The translations under genes and the position numbers were made by a program. The notes beneath the pieces are model-generated. The model was not told the origin of the DNA. It worked only from the letters and a program-made list of their open reading frames with translations, and did not search any database. Of a stretch of 32,000 nt of DNA, positions 29,215 to 32,000 are shown one piece after another (position 1 is the stretch's first letter; each line of letters starts with the position of its first letter). The stretch is from Nitrosospira multiformis ATCC 25196. Lineage in GTDB: Bacteria > Pseudomonadota > Gammaproteobacteria > Burkholderiales > Nitrosomonadaceae. The DNA is taken from NCBI RefSeq assembly GCF_000196355.1, contig NC_007614.1, positions 1,200,001-1,232,000 on the forward strand, in the 5' to 3' direction.

Positions 29215-32000
29215 TTATTTATGGGTCTCCACCTGTACCAGCGCTTCCTGCTGCTCGATTACCGGGGGAGGAGGCGTTCTTCTACGTCGAGGCTGTGCTT
29301 TCATTGCTTCTCCTTCTGCTTCGGTTTCAGCAGGTCTTATTTTTTCGGGAAGGGTCTCGATCATGATCAGACCGGCCGCACCTAAATCGAGAGATGGCGT
29401 AGCCCCTGGTTGCTGAGGAGGCACTGCTTGGTGTCCTTCTTTTGCAGGAACTTCTTCCTGTTCGATTTTTGTATGGGGCATAGCCGTTTCCAAGGCGCTC
29501 AGGGGAATCTGGGAGGGGATGTCCTCCGGAACGACTCTTGCTGCTTCAACTTCAACCAGCGGCTCTGACGCAATTAAAATCGGCGCACCGGTAACGGTAA
29601 CTGCTGCTGCGGTCGCTGCCTCTCTCCGATCCTCAGGAAGTCTGTCAGGTGACTCAGGAGTAATCTGCTGTTCATTCGCCAGAGCCACTTTTTCGGCTAT
29701 CGTGACCGCCGGAGCAGAGGTAGATTCCATCGCAGCCACTTGGGGTACGACTTCGGGCGAAGCTTCGGATACAGCTTCGGGCATAATTACCGGCAAAGTT
29801 CTATCTGTCCGCAAAAGTTCGGAAGGGGTATTATTCTTTGCTCCTGCAGGGGATTCCTTTGATGCCTCTTTTTGCTCCAGAGGGGTAGAAGCCAAGATAA
29901 GTGGCGGTATTCCATTTATGGCTCCCGAAATGAGATCTGCCGCAGGATTTTCCTCGTGCGCTACCTGCTCGGCAGATTGCTGGAGAGGAGAATCCTTTGC
30001 AATTGCCTGCCTAGCTTCACGCGCTGCACGATCCAGGCGCTCGCTCCGGTCGCGTTGCCTGCCACCACGCCGTCTGCGGCGGCTGCCTTCCTCACTCGGC
30101 TGTACGGCTTCTTCCGTGGCAGGGGGTAGCTCGGAAGAGGGTTTGAGTTCCGTCCGCGGCTTTTCTTCACGCTGCGACCGGGGATGTTTTTTTGCAGCAG
30201 CTCTTTCACCCTGAGTTTTTGCCTCGCTGCGTTCCTGGCGCTGCGGCACAGCTTCGCGCGTCAAGTCCGGAGCACCGCTTGGGCTGATTTCGGCCCCTCG
30301 CTCCGCGCGTGCATCGCGTGGACGTTGGACGGCGCGTGCTGCCTTTTCATTTTCGCCAATGCGTCCTTCCCGGCGGTCACGACGTCCCTGACCCCGTTCC
30401 TCAGGATGTGCAGCAGCGACAGGCGGTTCGTGCCGAACGGTCTTTTCGCCGACCCCCCCCTGTTTAAACCAGCCGAATATTTTATCGAGCAGGGAAAGCG
30501 GTTCCGGTTCATGCTGCGGTTTTTGCTCGCGTACCGGAGCAGGTTGTGCCGGTGTGATGCCTCGTACCGCTGCCTGCTGCCGCATAGGCTTGGGCTCCTG
30601 TCCGCTGGAAGGCAGAGGGATATCTTGGGCGGGTTTTTCCACCATCTGGTAACTCGTCTGAACTTCACCAAGTTTTACGTCGTCATGACGCAGGCGGGTG
30701 ATGCTGTAATTGGGCGTTTCGAGATGGATGTTGGGGATCAGAACGACACTTACTTTCAGGCGTGCTTCGATTGCATGAATTTCCGCCCGTTTTTCGTTCA
30801 GCAGATAAGTCGCTACATCTACCGGCACCTGAGCATGCAGCACTGCCGTATTCTCCTTCATCGCTTCTTCCTGAATGATTCTGAGGATATGCAACGCCGA
30901 GGAATCGGTACCCCGGATGTGACCGGTACCGTGGCAGCGCGGACAGGAAATATAGCTGCTTTCCCCCAGGGAAGGCCGCAGGCGCTGGCGCGATAATTCA
31001 AGCAAACCGAAGCGGGAAATCTTGCCCATTTGCACCCGTGCCCGATCGTAGCGCAACGCGTCGTGCAACCGGTTTTCCACCTCCCGCTGGTTGCGGGAGA
31101 CTTCCATGTCGATAAAGTCGATGACCACAAGTCCGCCGAGGTCGCGCAGGCGCAGTTGCCGCGCAATTTCATCTGCCGCCTCCAGATTGGTAGCCAGGGC
31201 CGTCTGCTCGATGTCGGAACCGCGGGTGGCACGGGCTGAATTTACGTCCACCGAAACCAGGGCTTCCGTATGGTCGATCACGATCGCGCCGCCCGAGGGG
31301 AGGGTAACCTGCCGCGAATATGCGGTTTCGATCTGGTGCTCGATTTGAAAGCGGGAAAACAGGGGCACGTCATCCCGATAGAGCTTGACCCGCGCTACGT
31401 TGCCGGGCATGACATGACCCATGAACTGGCATGCCTGCTCATAGATGCTTTCCGTATCAATCAGGATTTCACCGATTTCCTGATTGAAGTAATCCCGGAT
31501 TGCCCTGATGACGAGACTGCTTTCCTGGTAAATAAGGAAAGCACCGCTCTGGCCTTTGGAAGCATCTTCAATAGCACGCCACAACTGCAGCAGGTAGTTG
31601 AGGTCCCACTGCAACTCTTCTTCGGTGCGTCCTATCCCCGCCGTCCGCGCAATGATGCTCATGCCCTGAGGAATGTTCAAATGCGACATGACATCGCGCA
31701 GTTCGGCGCGATCTTCGCCTTCTATGCGGCGCGAGACACCTCCCCCGCGCGGATTATTGGGCATCAGCACCAGATAACGGCCCGCGAGCGAGATATAGGT
31801 GGTAAGTGCGGCTCCTTTTGTTCCCCGTTCGTCCTTGTCCACCTGGACGATGAGTTCCTGGCCTTCATGAAGCGCGTCCTGGACTCGGACCCGCCCAGGG
31901 TCCGGACTCTCTTTCAAATAGGAGCGGGAAATCTCCTTGAACGGCAGAAAACCATGCCGCTCCCCCCCGTACTCGACGAAGGCGGCTTCGAGGCTCGGTT
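29215..32000 (-). CDS. rne: Ribonuclease E (RNase E/G family), 5' end beyond the right edge
   Basis: The frame stays open upstream of the track start to the window edge: [41 protein letters not shown] (S1 domain). Core motifs: [86 protein letters not shown]. Long Arg/Glu/Pro-rich C-terminal tail. Confidence 0.97.
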   Translation of the reverse strand, partial: PSLEAAFVEYGGERHGFLPFKEISRSYLKESPDPGRVRVQDALHEGQELIVQVDKDERGTKGAALTTYISLAGRYLVLMPNNPRGGGVSRRIEGEDRAELRDVMSHLNIPQGMSIIARTAGIGRTEEELQWDLNYLLQLWRAIEDASKGQSGAFLIYQESSLVIRAIRDYFNQEIGEILIDTESIYEQACQFMGHVMPGNVARVKLYRDDVPLFSRFQIEHQIETAYSRQVTLPSGGAIVIDHTEALVSVDVNSARATRGSDIEQTALATNLEAADEIARQLRLRDLGGLVVIDFIDMEVSRNQREVENRLHDALRYDRARVQMGKISRFGLLELSRQRLRPSLGESSYISCPRCHGTGHIRGTDSSALHILRIIQEEAMKENTAVLHAQVPVDVATYLLNEKRAEIHAIEARLKVSVVLIPNIHLETPNYSITRLRHDDVKLGEVQTSYQMVEKPAQDIPLPSSGQEPKPMRQQAAVRGITPAQPAPVREQKPQHEPEPLSLLDKIFGWFKQGGVGEKTVRHEPPVAAAHPEERGQGRRDRREGRIGENEKAARAVQRPRDARAERGAEISPSGAPDLTREAVPQRQERSEAKTQGERAAAKKHPRSQREEKPRTELKPSSELPPATEEAVQPSEEGSRRRRRGGRQRDRSERLDRAAREARQAIAKDSPLQQSAEQVAHEENPAADLISGAINGIPPLILASTPLEQKEASKESPAGAKNNTPSELLRTDRTLPVIMPEAVSEASPEVVPQVAAMESTSAPAVTIAEKVALANEQQITPESPDRLPEDRREAATAAAVTVTGAPILIASEPLVEVEAARVVPEDIPSQIPLSALETAMPHTKIEQEEVPAKEGHQAVPPQQPGATPSLDLGAAGLIMIETLPEKIRPAETEAEGEAMKAQPRRRRTPPPPVIEQQEALVQVETHK

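Noticed and set aside
30184-30996. 270-aa plus-strand ORF over the RNase E tail region
   Set aside because: Antisense to rne. The Ser/Arg/Cys-rich composition reflects the complement of the charged tail.

Overview
This 32 kb window looks like betaproteobacterial chromosome, most likely an ammonia oxidiser of the Nitrosospira/Nitrosomonas type (taxonomy is inferred from protein character and gene order; no search was run). It is almost entirely core and housekeeping genes. In order they are: a slipin/SPFH gene (cut by the left edge) with NfeD; a fold-type I Orn/Lys/Arg decarboxylase; argD-argF-argG; yajQ; a minus-strand thioredoxin-like/tonB/exbB/exbD/FecR-like/glutamine-amidotransferase cluster; a sigma factor with DUF3619-like, DUF3106-like and RDD genes; tldD, nitrilase and yhdP; glnE; a PEP-CTERM secreted protein; ilvE; a small zinc-finger protein; a phosphomannomutase/phosphoglucomutase; a low-MW phosphatase; and rne (cut by the right edge). 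I found no CRISPR array, mobile element, phage, rRNA or tRNA, and no convincing new multi-gene system. The items most worth a second look are: (1) a sigma factor whose conserved N-terminus has no in-frame ATG/GTG/TTG, but has a CTG with a well-placed Shine-Dalgarno; (2) an orphan, doubly shortened FecR-like protein downstream of exbD, in a TonB gene run preceded by a Fur-box-like site; (3) a motif-rich 490 bp divergent intergenic region; (4) a perfect 9-bp hairpin just upstream of argD; and (5) the lone PEP-CTERM gene.
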